A DNA stretch of 64,000 bases from Candidatus Woesearchaeota archaeon (GTDB lineage: Archaea; Nanobdellota; Nanobdellia; Woesearchaeales; WAPY01). The notes below the pieces were generated by a model. It worked only from the letters and a program-made list of their open reading frames with translations. It searched no databases and was not told the origin of the DNA. Positions within the stretch are counted from its first letter, which is position 1. Every line of letters starts with the position of its first letter. This document shows, piece by piece, positions 40,757 through 50,122 of the stretch. Location of the stretch: positions 370,043 to 434,042 of the forward strand of contig JBNAUL010000001.1 in NCBI GenBank assembly GCA_049700835.1. The letters run 5' to 3'. The position numbers were made by a program, and so were the translations under genes.

Positions 40757-42052
40757 ATGTTTTTTCTCTTAATCATGTATTTAAAACAGATATATTATTA
40801 TCCATATGTAATGAAATTCCCTAAACTTAAGAGAAACAAAATTATTGATTACCAACTTAAAAGTTTGAAAGAGATTATAAGACATGCTTACAAGACAGTT
40901 CCGTACTATCACAGAATTTTTAAAAAACTAAATTTAAGACCAGAGGACATTAAAAATTTTAAAGATTTAAAGAAAATTCCCATAATTGATAAAAAAGAGG
41001 TTATTAAAAACTACGAAGATTTTATATCTAAGGAATATTTGGAATTATATGATCTTAATTATTTTTTTAAGAGAATAACTTCAGGTTCCACCGGAATACC
41101 ATTTATGGTTCCTTATGATCAAAGAGGTTACGATTATGCAGAACTTGTACATTTGAGAGCTTGGTTGTATGCAGGATATAAACTACATGAAAAAATTGCT
41201 TCTTATTGGTATGAACCATTTAAAAAAAGATTCTACAATTATTTAGGTTTTATTAAAAAGGTTTACATCCCTTGTAATTTATCAGAAATAGAACAATTGA
41301 GAATTATAAAAAGAGTTAAACCAAAATGGTTAAATTATTTTCCGTCTTCTATTTATAACATGAGTAAAATAGCTGAAATTAAAGATTTAAGAAGTTTAAA
41401 AATAAAAGGAATAATAACTCATGCAGAAATTTTAACCAAAACTATGAAGAATAGAATAGAGAATACATTCAATACTGATGTTTATGATGAATATGGAACA
41501 ACAGAGTTTGTTAGAATGGCTTGGCAATGTAAAGAAAAACATTATTATCACATTGATGCAGATTCTCTTTTTATAGAAGTAATTGATAAGAATGGAGAAA
41601 ATGTTGGTTATAATAAAGGTGGTTTTATTGTTGTAACAGGATTACTTAACTATATGTTTCCTCTTATAAGATATAATATGTATGATATCGGAGAATTGAG
41701 CGATGAAAAATGTAATTGTGGTTTAAATTTGCCTCTCATAAAAGGTGTTTATGGAAGACAGGAAAACTTTATTAAATTACCCTCTGGTAGAATAATAAGT
41801 CCTCAACTTTTTATAGATGCTTTGGACAAAATTAAAGAATTAAATGGATTCCAGTTATTCAAAAAAACAAAAAACGAACTTTTAATTAATATTTTACTTT
41901 CCCAGCAAAATAAAAAAATAGAAAATAGAATAAAAAACAAAATTATAAATTGTTTGCAGAAAATTACTAATGGAGAATTAAATATCATCGTTGAGACAGT
42001 AGATAAACTTAAAAAAACTGAAAGAGGAAAAATTATTCTAATAAACTCATAA
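40757..42052 (+). CDS. Phenylacetate-CoA ligase-like (CapK-type) adenylate-forming enzyme
   Basis: AYKTVPYY, TSGSTG, YGTTE, PLIRY, GR. Confidence 0.85.
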   Translation: MFFLLIMYLKQIYYYPYVMKFPKLKRNKIIDYQLKSLKEIIRHAYKTVPYYHRIFKKLNLRPEDIKNFKDLKKIPIIDKKEVIKNYEDFISKEYLELYDLNYFFKRITSGSTGIPFMVPYDQRGYDYAELVHLRAWLYAGYKLHEKIASYWYEPFKKRFYNYLGFIKKVYIPCNLSEIEQLRIIKRVKPKWLNYFPSSIYNMSKIAEIKDLRSLKIKGIITHAEILTKTMKNRIENTFNTDVYDEYGTTEFVRMAWQCKEKHYYHIDADSLFIEVIDKNGENVGYNKGGFIVVTGLLNYMFPLIRYNMYDIGELSDEKCNCGLNLPLIKGVYGRQENFIKLPSGRIISPQLFIDALDKIKELNGFQLFKKTKNELLINILLSQQNKKIENRIKNKIINCLQKITNGELNIIVETVDKLKKTERGKIILINS

Positions 42053-42064
42053 TGAATGCAAATT

Positions 42065-43039
42065 TTAGATTTTTATATTATTTTTAAATTTAATTTTTAA
42101 GTAATTTTTGAAAGCAACGATAGTAAATGGTAAAATAACAATGTAAATTTTGTAATAACAGCAAAACATTGCTATACTTCTAATTAAAAATAAAAAAGTA
42201 TAAAAAGTGAACATAAGCATGAACATAAAAGAAAGTTCTTTTTTAGTATTATAAAATACAATGAGAAGTGTAGTAATCAAAGTGATTAAATAAAATATAA
42301 ATGAAAGAATTATTCTATGAACCCCAAAGTTTTTTATATTTTTTTCAGTTATTTCTTTATTTATATTATATTTTAATTGAGCTAATGGATCCTTATATGA
42401 TATGTATTGCGATGTGCAAATTAAAAGAATAAATGTAAAACAAGAAATTAAGTAAAAGGCATTTATTCTTTTTGTTTTGCAATAATCAAATATTAACATT
42501 CCCAACAAAAATATAATTGCTTCAGGTCTGAGCAAAGCTAGAGGCATAAGAAAAAGTACAAATCTCTTTTTATTATTCCTTATATACGAGTAGATACTTA
42601 AAGATATAAACAAAAATGTGAAAGTGTGACCAACAAAATTAAAAAAGAAATCTATTAATGGTAAGAGAAAAAATGGTAAAAGACTCAAAACAAAACTTTT
42701 GCTAATCTTATAATTTAAAAATACAGACACAGCAAAAATTATTGCATTTATTAAGGACATAACTAAAAAGTTATAAGGATAGTAAAATATTTTGTAAAAA
42801 GGATAATATATAATTATTCCACCAATGCTATTTGGTTCACCTGTACAATAAGTTCCTTTAAAATTTGATATATAGCATTCATAATCACTTTTATTATATT
42901 GTTCGTATAGAATTTTTTTAATTTGGTGGATGTCAAATTTTTTTGTAGGAGGGACTAATTCAACACTAAAAAAAGAAAGTGTAATAAAAAATATAATAAA
43001 AAAAATAAATGTATCATTAAATATTTTGTTTTTATTCAT
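42065..43039 (-). CDS. Polytopic membrane protein, GT-C-like
   Basis: About 9 TM segments, an extracellular loop after TM1, LLRPE motif. Confidence 0.5.
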   Translation of the reverse strand: MNKNKIFNDTFIFFIIFFITLSFFSVELVPPTKKFDIHQIKKILYEQYNKSDYECYISNFKGTYCTGEPNSIGGIIIYYPFYKIFYYPYNFLVMSLINAIIFAVSVFLNYKISKSFVLSLLPFFLLPLIDFFFNFVGHTFTFLFISLSIYSYIRNNKKRFVLFLMPLALLRPEAIIFLLGMLIFDYCKTKRINAFYLISCFTFILLICTSQYISYKDPLAQLKYNINKEITEKNIKNFGVHRIILSFIFYLITLITTLLIVFYNTKKELSFMFMLMFTFYTFLFLIRSIAMFCCYYKIYIVILPFTIVAFKNYLKIKFKNNIKI

Positions 43040-43872
43040 TTTCCTTTACATTTACCAACAATCAAATACCCCTCATTTATCTTTAGTATTTTATCTAATT
43101 CTATTAGTGTTTTTATTAGGATGAATTTTAAAGTTTGTTTGAATTCTTTTTTGTCTTTTATCATTATTTTTATTTTGTTTATTATGTTTTTTGGTTTTAA
43201 ATTGAGTTTAAGATAGTTTTGTTTTATTTTTATTCTTATTATTTTTTCTATGTTTAGGTTTATTTTTTTGAGGTATTTTTTTATGAGATTTATGTGGTAA
43301 GCACGAACAATGTATTTTTGCGAGTTATTGTTTATGTTTCTTAATATGAAACTTAAACCTAAGAAACTATTTTTGTTTTCTATGCTGATTATTAGAAAGC
43401 TTTTCTCTTTTAAGAACTTGCTTAGATTTTTTATTATCGTAATGACTTCTTTATTGTTTTTTACATTTGTTAGGACGTTTATGAGTATTATTAGGTCGAA
43501 TTTTTCTTTTAGTTTTAGTTTTGTTAGGTCTTGGTTTATTGTTTTTAGTCTTTTTTTGATTTGGTAATATTCTTTTTTATGATCTTTTTTTAATCTGTTT
43601 TTTAGTTCTTTGAGCATTCCTTTTGAGAAGTCAACTGCTGTTATTTTTGTGTTTTTGAATTTTAGCAGTTTTGATGTTAGCCATCCATTACCGCAACCAG
43701 CTTCTAAGATTTCTATTTCTTTATTTTTTTCTTCAAATGATTTTATTATTTTAACAACTTCTTCATAAGTTTTCTCCCTGATTAAATCACTAATATTTCC
43801 ATAATATTCTTTTGCATAGTTTTTTGAAATCTTATCAAAAAATTTGATTAAGTCTTTTTTATTCATTTTCAA
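43036..43872 (-). CDS. Class I SAM-dependent methyltransferase
   Basis: ILEAGCGNG, AVDFSKGML, KFDLII. Confidence 0.88.
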   Translation of the reverse strand: MKMNKKDLIKFFDKISKNYAKEYYGNISDLIREKTYEEVVKIIKSFEEKNKEIEILEAGCGNGWLTSKLLKFKNTKITAVDFSKGMLKELKNRLKKDHKKEYYQIKKRLKTINQDLTKLKLKEKFDLIILINVLTNVKNNKEVITIIKNLSKFLKEKSFLIISIENKNSFLGLSFILRNINNNSQKYIVRAYHINLIKKYLKKINLNIEKIIRIKIKQNYLKLNLKPKNIINKIKIMIKDKKEFKQTLKFILIKTLIELDKILKINEGYLIVGKCKGK

Positions 43873-43956
43873 AATAATAACACCTAATTTTTGATGAACA
43901 TAAATTTTATAAACTTTAATTTAAATCTTTCTATTAATAAAAACTATGCTTGAAAA

Positions 43957-44138
43957 ATGAACCAAAATTTTTCAATAAATAAAATATATTTATATTTAAT
44001 CATTATTCTTTGTTTCTTGTTGGTTTTTCCTGCTTCTCATAGTACTTTATTAAAAAGGATATCAAAGAATTGAACTATAACTATGCAGCTTATTTTGCAG
44101 GAGAATTACACAATTTATATAAGAATAATGAAAATTAA
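43957..44138 (+). pseudogene. Possible frameshifted remnant of a secreted or membrane protein
   Basis: MNQNFSINKIYLYLIIILCFLLVFPASHS (signal-like) stops at 44073; an overlapping frame continues KDIKELNYNYAAYFAGELH to 44138. Confidence 0.3.
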
Positions 44139-44190
44139 ATATATTAAATTTCCTATTTTAACCTTGCTTTAACTTTATATTCAAAAACCT

Positions 44191-45156
44191 TTAAACCTCA
44201 CCTCTCTGATGTTTTTCTTTCAACCACTCAAAAACTTCTTTCAAACCATCATCTAATCTTATCTTTGCTTCCCAACCTAAAACCTTTTTTGCTTTTTCAA
44301 TGCTTGGTATTCTCTTTTTAATATCGTGCTTAAATCCAGGAACAAATTTCACTTTGAATTGTTTTTTTACATTGCTTATGCTCCACAATTTTTTTGCCAA
44401 GTCAATTATTCTTATTGGCTCATCGCTGCTTAAATTAAAATCATTGTTCTCTGCTTTTTTGTGTTTCATTGCAAGCACTATTCCTCTGGCAATATCCTTA
44501 ACATGAGTAAAGCATCTTATTTGTTTTCCATCTCCAAGAATTTCTAAAGGATATTGATTTTTCAGAATTTTTTTTATCAAATCAGGGATTACATGCGCAT
44601 AACCAACTTCTTCTCCAGGATACTCGTTTATGCCATAGGCATTGAATGGTCTTATTATTGTGTAGTTTAGGTTGAACTCTTCCTTAAAAGCCTTGCAATA
44701 ATACTCTCCGCTCAATTTAGAAAAGCCGTAAGCTGTTTTTGGGGGTGGTATTTTGTAAATATCTTCTTCTTTGCTTGGAAATTTTTTTGTACTTTCAAAA
44801 ACCATTGATGATGAAACATAAACTATTCTTTTAACATTGTTTTTTGCAGCAGCATTAAAAACAGAAGAATTTATCTTGTTGTTTTCACTGATTATTGTTG
44901 CAGGGTATTTGTGAAAATATCCTATGCCTCCAATCTTTGCTGCCAGGTGAATAATATAATCACAATTCTTTAATGCCCTTATTGTTTGTTTTTCCCTTGT
45001 TAGATCAAGCTTTACGAATTCAATATCTTTTATTAATTTGCTTTCTCTTTTGCTGAGGTTGTCAATAACGCAAACATCATAGTTTTTCTTTTTTAGTTCT
45101 TCAACAACATGACTTCCAATAAAACCTGCTCCTCCTGTTAGAACAACCCTTTTCAT
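44191..45156 (-). CDS. NAD-dependent nucleotide-sugar epimerase/dehydratase
   Basis: TGGAGFIGS, HLAA, YGFSK, RPFNAYG. Confidence 0.92.
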   Translation of the reverse strand: MKRVVLTGGAGFIGSHVVEELKKKNYDVCVIDNLSKRESKLIKDIEFVKLDLTREKQTIRALKNCDYIIHLAAKIGGIGYFHKYPATIISENNKINSSVFNAAAKNNVKRIVYVSSSMVFESTKKFPSKEEDIYKIPPPKTAYGFSKLSGEYYCKAFKEEFNLNYTIIRPFNAYGINEYPGEEVGYAHVIPDLIKKILKNQYPLEILGDGKQIRCFTHVKDIARGIVLAMKHKKAENNDFNLSSDEPIRIIDLAKKLWSISNVKKQFKVKFVPGFKHDIKKRIPSIEKAKKVLGWEAKIRLDDGLKEVFEWLKEKHQRGEV

Positions 45157-45229
45157 TTTTTGTTGCTAAATCTTTTTATTTCATCTAATAGCAAAAGGTT
45201 TTTAAACTTTTTCCATTATTCCTTGATTT

Positions 45230-45367
45230 ATGCGTTTAGAGCGAAGCATGAAAAGGTTTTTTGGATTTTTAATTTTGGTGTTCATGTTAGTTTTTACATT
45301 AGTTATGGATGTTTTTCTATATTTTTGGGAAAGGAGAAAGGGATTTAAAATCCTTCCTGGTTCATAA
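45230..45367 (+). CDS. Small single-pass membrane protein (45 aa, absent from the ORF track)
   Basis: MRLERSMKRFFGFLILVFMLVFTLVMDVFLYFWERRKGFKILPGS; TATA AAAAGGTTTTTAAA at 45193-45206; stop is followed by the RBS of the next gene. Confidence 0.6.
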   Translation: MRLERSMKRFFGFLILVFMLVFTLVMDVFLYFWERRKGFKILPGS

Positions 45368-45384
45368 AAGAGCGAGGTGAAAAT

Positions 45385-46158
45385 TTGAGCTTTAAGATAC
45401 CTTTTAACAACAACAAAAAACTTGAAGAAGTTTTTAATAAAGTTGTTAGTAATATAGAGTTACAAACTTTATGGAAGTGTTCAAACATAACTGCTATTAA
45501 CAGGTCAGGACTAACAGACCACGGCCCTGTTCATGTTGCCATAGTTGCCAACAGCGCTTTGAGGCTTTTTAGATTATTGAGAGAAGCAAACATTGAATCA
45601 AACCTTGAAAAGGATTACAAGTTAAGTTATGAGGATGCTGAAGTAGTTGTTTTTTTAGGAGCAATAATGCATGATTTAGGAATGAGCATTCATAGAATAA
45701 ACCATCAGGAGTACAGCATTTCGCTGGCAATAAACATACTAAATCAGCTTTTAGAAGGAATTTACAACGACGAGGAAAGGATTATAATTAGAACAGAAGT
45801 TTTGCATTCAATACTCACTCACCATGCTAATTACAAGCCATTGACAATAGAAGCTGGTTGCGTTAGGGTTGCTGATGCTCTTGACATGGCTCAAGGAAGG
45901 GCAAGGATTCCATTTAATGCAGGAAAAATAGATATTCATTCTGTGTCAGCGCTATCAATAGATGAGGTTAGTATAGAAAAGGGTTCTGACAGGCCAATCC
46001 TTATAAAAATTATGATGAGCAACTCTGCTGGAATATTCCAAATTGATGAATTGTTGAAGAACAAGCTCAAGAATTCAGGGATTGAGAGCTTTATTGAGGT
46101 TTTAGCAGAAGTAAAAAATGAAAAAAGCATTATAAGAACTCATAGCTTAAAATTATAA
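45385..46158 (+). CDS. HD-domain phosphohydrolase
   Basis: DHGPVH, MHDLG, ADALD; GAGGTGA RBS with a TTG start. Confidence 0.88.
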   Translation: MSFKIPFNNNKKLEEVFNKVVSNIELQTLWKCSNITAINRSGLTDHGPVHVAIVANSALRLFRLLREANIESNLEKDYKLSYEDAEVVVFLGAIMHDLGMSIHRINHQEYSISLAINILNQLLEGIYNDEERIIIRTEVLHSILTHHANYKPLTIEAGCVRVADALDMAQGRARIPFNAGKIDIHSVSALSIDEVSIEKGSDRPILIKIMMSNSAGIFQIDELLKNKLKNSGIESFIEVLAEVKNEKSIIRTHSLKL

Positions 46159-46192
46159 TTTAATTGTCATAGTTTTTATGTAAGGTGAAAGC

Positions 46193-47359
46193 ATGAAAAT
46201 TTTAATGATTCATCCACACGATATTTATGCTGCTTCAGAACCATGGACTATAAGGATAATAGAGATTGCAAGGCGGTTTGTGAAAAAAGGGCATAAAGTA
46301 AAGTTAATCTATTTCCCATTGCCAGAAAATGAGCGAGGAACTTTAAAATCAGGATTGATCAAAGAGTTTGAGACAATTCCATTCAACAGGAGAAGATGGG
46401 CTTTGCCTTACAATATTCATAGAATTTTGAAGTATGTCAGATGGGCTGATGTTGTTCATTTCCAAAAGTGTTTTGCCCATGCTGCTCTTCCAGCATTGTT
46501 TGGAGCATATCTTTTTGGAAAGCCAGTTCATTATGATTGGGATGACCACGAGTATGCAATCTATAATTTTCAACCCCCTTCTTATACTTATGGTTTGTAT
46601 CTGAATTTTATAGAGCAAAAAATGCCAAAACTTGTGGATTCTATAAGCTATGCAAGCAATAAAATTAGGGAATTAGCACTTTCTTTGGGTTTTGACGAGG
46701 AATTCATGAGAGAAGCACATGTTGGAGCTAATTTAGAATTTTTTAATCCAAAAGTTAATCCTGAAAACATATTAAATAAGTATGGCATTGACAAGAAAAA
46801 ACACAAGCTTGTTATTTATGTAGGGCAATTGCAAGGAGGACAATATGCTGAGATGCTTGTAAGGGCTGCAAAAATTCTGCTTGATAAGAGGGATGATGTT
46901 AGGTTTATGATTGTTGGAGGAGGTTTTGATCTGCAAAGATTAAAGCATATTGCTCATGAAGAACTTTGCTTGGGAGAAAAGTTTGTTTTTACAGGTTTTG
47001 TTGTTGACGATGAAATTCCAAAACTTTTGAAGGAAGCAGATGTTGCTGTTGCTTGTTTTGAAGATAATAAGATAACAAGAGCAAAAAGTCCTTTAAAAGT
47101 TGCAGAGTACTTGGCAGCAGGAAAAGCAATTGTTGCAAGCAATGTTGGCGAGGTTCCTTTCATGCTTGCAGGAAATGGAGTTTTAACAAAGCCAGGAGAT
47201 ATTAATGATTTGGCAAGAGGCATAGAATTTTTGCTTGACAATCCAAAAATCAGGAAAAAACTTGAGATCAATGCTAGAAAGAGAGCAGAGGAAGCTTTTA
47301 ATTGGGAGATAACTGCAAACAATATTTTAGAGCTTTATCACAAAATTTTGAATTATTGA
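46193..47359 (+). CDS. GT4 family glycosyltransferase
   Basis: YVGQL, SPLKVAEYLAAGKAIVASNVG, FNWE. Confidence 0.9.
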   Translation: MKILMIHPHDIYAASEPWTIRIIEIARRFVKKGHKVKLIYFPLPENERGTLKSGLIKEFETIPFNRRRWALPYNIHRILKYVRWADVVHFQKCFAHAALPALFGAYLFGKPVHYDWDDHEYAIYNFQPPSYTYGLYLNFIEQKMPKLVDSISYASNKIRELALSLGFDEEFMREAHVGANLEFFNPKVNPENILNKYGIDKKKHKLVIYVGQLQGGQYAEMLVRAAKILLDKRDDVRFMIVGGGFDLQRLKHIAHEELCLGEKFVFTGFVVDDEIPKLLKEADVAVACFEDNKITRAKSPLKVAEYLAAGKAIVASNVGEVPFMLAGNGVLTKPGDINDLARGIEFLLDNPKIRKKLEINARKRAEEAFNWEITANNILELYHKILNY

Positions 47360-47552
47360 TTTTTTGTTATTTTTTGTTTTTCTGTTTTTTTATTGTTAAT
47401 TTTAACATTTTAATGGGAAAATCTCTAACACTTTTGGCCTTAATAAACAACCTTAATTAACAGATATCTGTATACATTTAAGTATAAAAATAGAAAAATA
47501 TTTATACTAGTTTAACTTATATTATTGATTAGGAAATTTAGGAGGGATTAAA

Positions 47553-48065
47553 ATGATAAATATAATCATTGGGCAAAGAGTTCTTGGAAATCAATCTCAA
47601 TTTAATGCAGATAAACATGTAAAAAATGAAAATCCTAAAAATATTGAGTTACTAATCAAGGAAAACAATCTTGAACATGAAAACATCATAAAAACAGTTT
47701 ATCCAACAGATGTTGATCCTCTATATCATGTTTATTCTTTATACACAAAGGGATGCACTAAAAAAGATAAAAATTATTTGATAGAAGCAATTAACAAAAT
47801 CAATTATTATTTAACAAAGGTGGATTTAGACGAGAAAAAAATAAAGAGAATAAAAGAGATTGAGTATAAAACTTTTTTTGCATTAACTTATTTTAATTTA
47901 AAATTTGATCATAAAAAAATAAAAGATGAAATCAAAAATATCAAAAAAGGACTAACAAAAAATCATGAATTAAGTAAAGAGGACATTCAAAATTTAGAGA
48001 AAGAAGTGGAAGATTATTTTAATCGTAAACCTGTGATTTTTTATAAAAAGCTGGATTTTAATTAA
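47553..48065 (+). CDS. Hypothetical protein
   Basis: 170 aa ORF with its own TATA and a GGAGG RBS. Confidence 0.65.
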   Translation: MINIIIGQRVLGNQSQFNADKHVKNENPKNIELLIKENNLEHENIIKTVYPTDVDPLYHVYSLYTKGCTKKDKNYLIEAINKINYYLTKVDLDEKKIKRIKEIEYKTFFALTYFNLKFDHKKIKDEIKNIKKGLTKNHELSKEDIQNLEKEVEDYFNRKPVIFYKKLDFN

Positions 48066-48129
48066 TTTTTAATTAAAATTCTTGCTTTAAATTATTTATT
48101 TTTAAAATTATTTGTTTTTATTTTTTAAT

Positions 48130-48891
48130 TTAATCTTCCAAGAAAATTCTTTGATAGTTTAAGAAAATGTTGTTTGAAACTTCTTCCTTAGTTAGTCCTT
48201 TAATCTCAGAGATTTTCTTAATGGTTTCCAATATAAAAGCAGGCTCGTTCTTTTTATTTTTGTACGGGCTTAACCATGGAGAATCTGTTTCTGTAAGAAT
48301 ATTGCTTAAAGGAACAATCTTTACAATGTCTTGAAAATGAGTGCTCCTTAAAATAATTGGAGGAATTGAAATATACCATTTATTTTTAATTATTTCATTA
48401 ACAAGTTTTAAACTTCCACCAAAACAATGCATAACAACCTTCTTTAAGTTAAACTTGTTAATTATTTTTATTGCATCAACTTCAGCATTTCTGGAATGAA
48501 CAATAACTGGTTTTTTTAATTCCTTTGCCAGAAGTAAAAATTCCTTAAACATCTCTCTTTGCTTTTCCCTTAAACTATAATCTTTCACCCAATGATAATC
48601 AAGACCAACTTCACCGATGGCAATAATTTTATTCTTTTGCTTTCTTATAAAATCGATTTCCTCATCAATAAATTTTTTATCAAATTTTTCTATGAATTCA
48701 GGATGCAAACCCAGAGCAGGCTTTACGATCTTGTACTCTTTTGAAATTTCAAGAGTTTTTCTATTCGTTTCTTTGTCAATTCCATTATTGATGATTGCCT
48801 TAACTCCTGCATTTACTGAATTAGAAATAACTCTTTCAAACTCTTCTTCCTTAAAGGCATCTATGTGAGCGTGCACATCAACAATTATCAT
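48130..48891 (-). CDS. tatD: TatD family nuclease
   Basis: DVHAH, GLHP, GEVGLD, HSR, HCF, ETDSP. Confidence 0.93.
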   Translation of the reverse strand: MIIVDVHAHIDAFKEEEFERVISNSVNAGVKAIINNGIDKETNRKTLEISKEYKIVKPALGLHPEFIEKFDKKFIDEEIDFIRKQKNKIIAIGEVGLDYHWVKDYSLREKQREMFKEFLLLAKELKKPVIVHSRNAEVDAIKIINKFNLKKVVMHCFGGSLKLVNEIIKNKWYISIPPIILRSTHFQDIVKIVPLSNILTETDSPWLSPYKNKKNEPAFILETIKKISEIKGLTKEEVSNNIFLNYQRIFLED

Positions 48892-48989
48892 AAAAATTGG
48901 TTTGCATTTTTATTTTATAATTCTTTCTAAATTCAATATTGAATATCATTTTGGAAAAATTTAAATAATGCTATTTATTCTTAAAAATC

Positions 48990-49421
48990 ATGAAATCAGG
49001 ACAAGCAAGTAAACAGAAGATAAAATCAAAAAAGATTAAAGCCCAAGTAAACATTGAAATAATTTTCATAATCTTAATCTTGATTGTGGGAATAACGCTC
49101 TTTCTATTGCTCTTCAACTATAAATTTCCTTCTTCTGGAAAAACGCTGTACGAAAAAGCAGTGGAAAATTTAGGCGAGAAAATTTACATATCTGAATTAT
49201 TCTCAACTAAAACTTCTCCTAGAAATAAAACTCTTGAAGTTAAGAGAATCACAAATCAAAGCATTGTTTCAGAATACTTTGTTGATGCTCAAGGAAAAAA
49301 GGAACATAAAACAGAAATTTTAAACCTTTACTGCAATAATTCAAAAATTGTTTACATTAAACTGCCAAATAATGTAAGCATAGAATACATTTCCTTCAAC
49401 ATAACAAATTTTAAGAAATAA
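48990..49421 (+). CDS. Class III signal peptide (pilin-like) protein
   Basis: KKIKA|QVNIEIIFII: basic leader, Glu at +5, hydrophobic helix. Confidence 0.7.
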   Translation: MKSGQASKQKIKSKKIKAQVNIEIIFIILILIVGITLFLLLFNYKFPSSGKTLYEKAVENLGEKIYISELFSTKTSPRNKTLEVKRITNQSIVSEYFVDAQGKKEHKTEILNLYCNNSKIVYIKLPNNVSIEYISFNITNFKK

Positions 49422-49450
49422 AATTACTTAAAAATTTTAAAAGAATTAAA

Positions 49451-50122
49451 ATGAAAGTAAAAAAGCAAATAAAAAAACAAAAAAAGAATTCAAGTTATTC
49501 AATGACAATTACTTCAACAAGCATTTTAATATTTATAATAATAGTGCAGTTAGTAATTTTTTTTCTGATCACAAAAGCTTTGATTTTGAGATATGAAAAT
49601 TCTGAAAACAAGAATTTTGAGGAATACTATTCTGTTATGAACCTTCTAATAGATTCAGAAACAAAACTTTCATCTGCAACAACAAAAAACATCTTGCCTA
49701 ATGATGAGAAATTCAATGATATGTTCATAATGATTTATGAGGAGCAAGAGCCAACAAAATTCAGGATTTACAGCATAAGTTATATAAAAATGCTCTATAA
49801 TCTTGGGATGCTTGTAAATTCAAAAATTGATGATAAAAATTTCTTTATAGCTTATTGTCCTGAAATAAATTTAATAGAAGTGTATGAATCCAATCTTAAT
49901 AATGAAATTCTGAATTTCAAACCTTCAAATTCTTATTCTGTTTATAAAACAGGAATTTCGTGCAAGAATGTAGTTGACAACAAAGAAAGGGATTTTGATG
50001 TTTTGAATGGGATTTTTTTAAAAGAAAAAACAAAGTTAAAAAGAATTAATTTCAAAATTTTAGGAGCAGAGCTTGCAAACAATATAATGAAAGAATATGG
50101 AGTAAGAGCAAATGTTCAATAA
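49451..50122 (+). CDS. N-terminally anchored protein, paralog of 50112 (DUF3179-like, tentative)
   Basis: Lys-rich N-terminus, one TM, LVNSKI...IAYCP...EVYE...DVLNG. Confidence 0.6.
   Translation: MKVKKQIKKQKKNSSYSMTITSTSILIFIIIVQLVIFFLITKALILRYENSENKNFEEYYSVMNLLIDSETKLSSATTKNILPNDEKFNDMFIMIYEEQEPTKFRIYSISYIKMLYNLGMLVNSKIDDKNFFIAYCPEINLIEVYESNLNNEILNFKPSNSYSVYKTGISCKNVVDNKERDFDVLNGIFLKEKTKLKRINFKILGAELANNIMKEYGVRANVQ

Noticed and set aside
25112..45156. tRNA-Gly as integration site of the glycan island
   Set aside because: Core genes lie between the tRNA and the island; no duplicated tRNA 3' end and no integrase were found.
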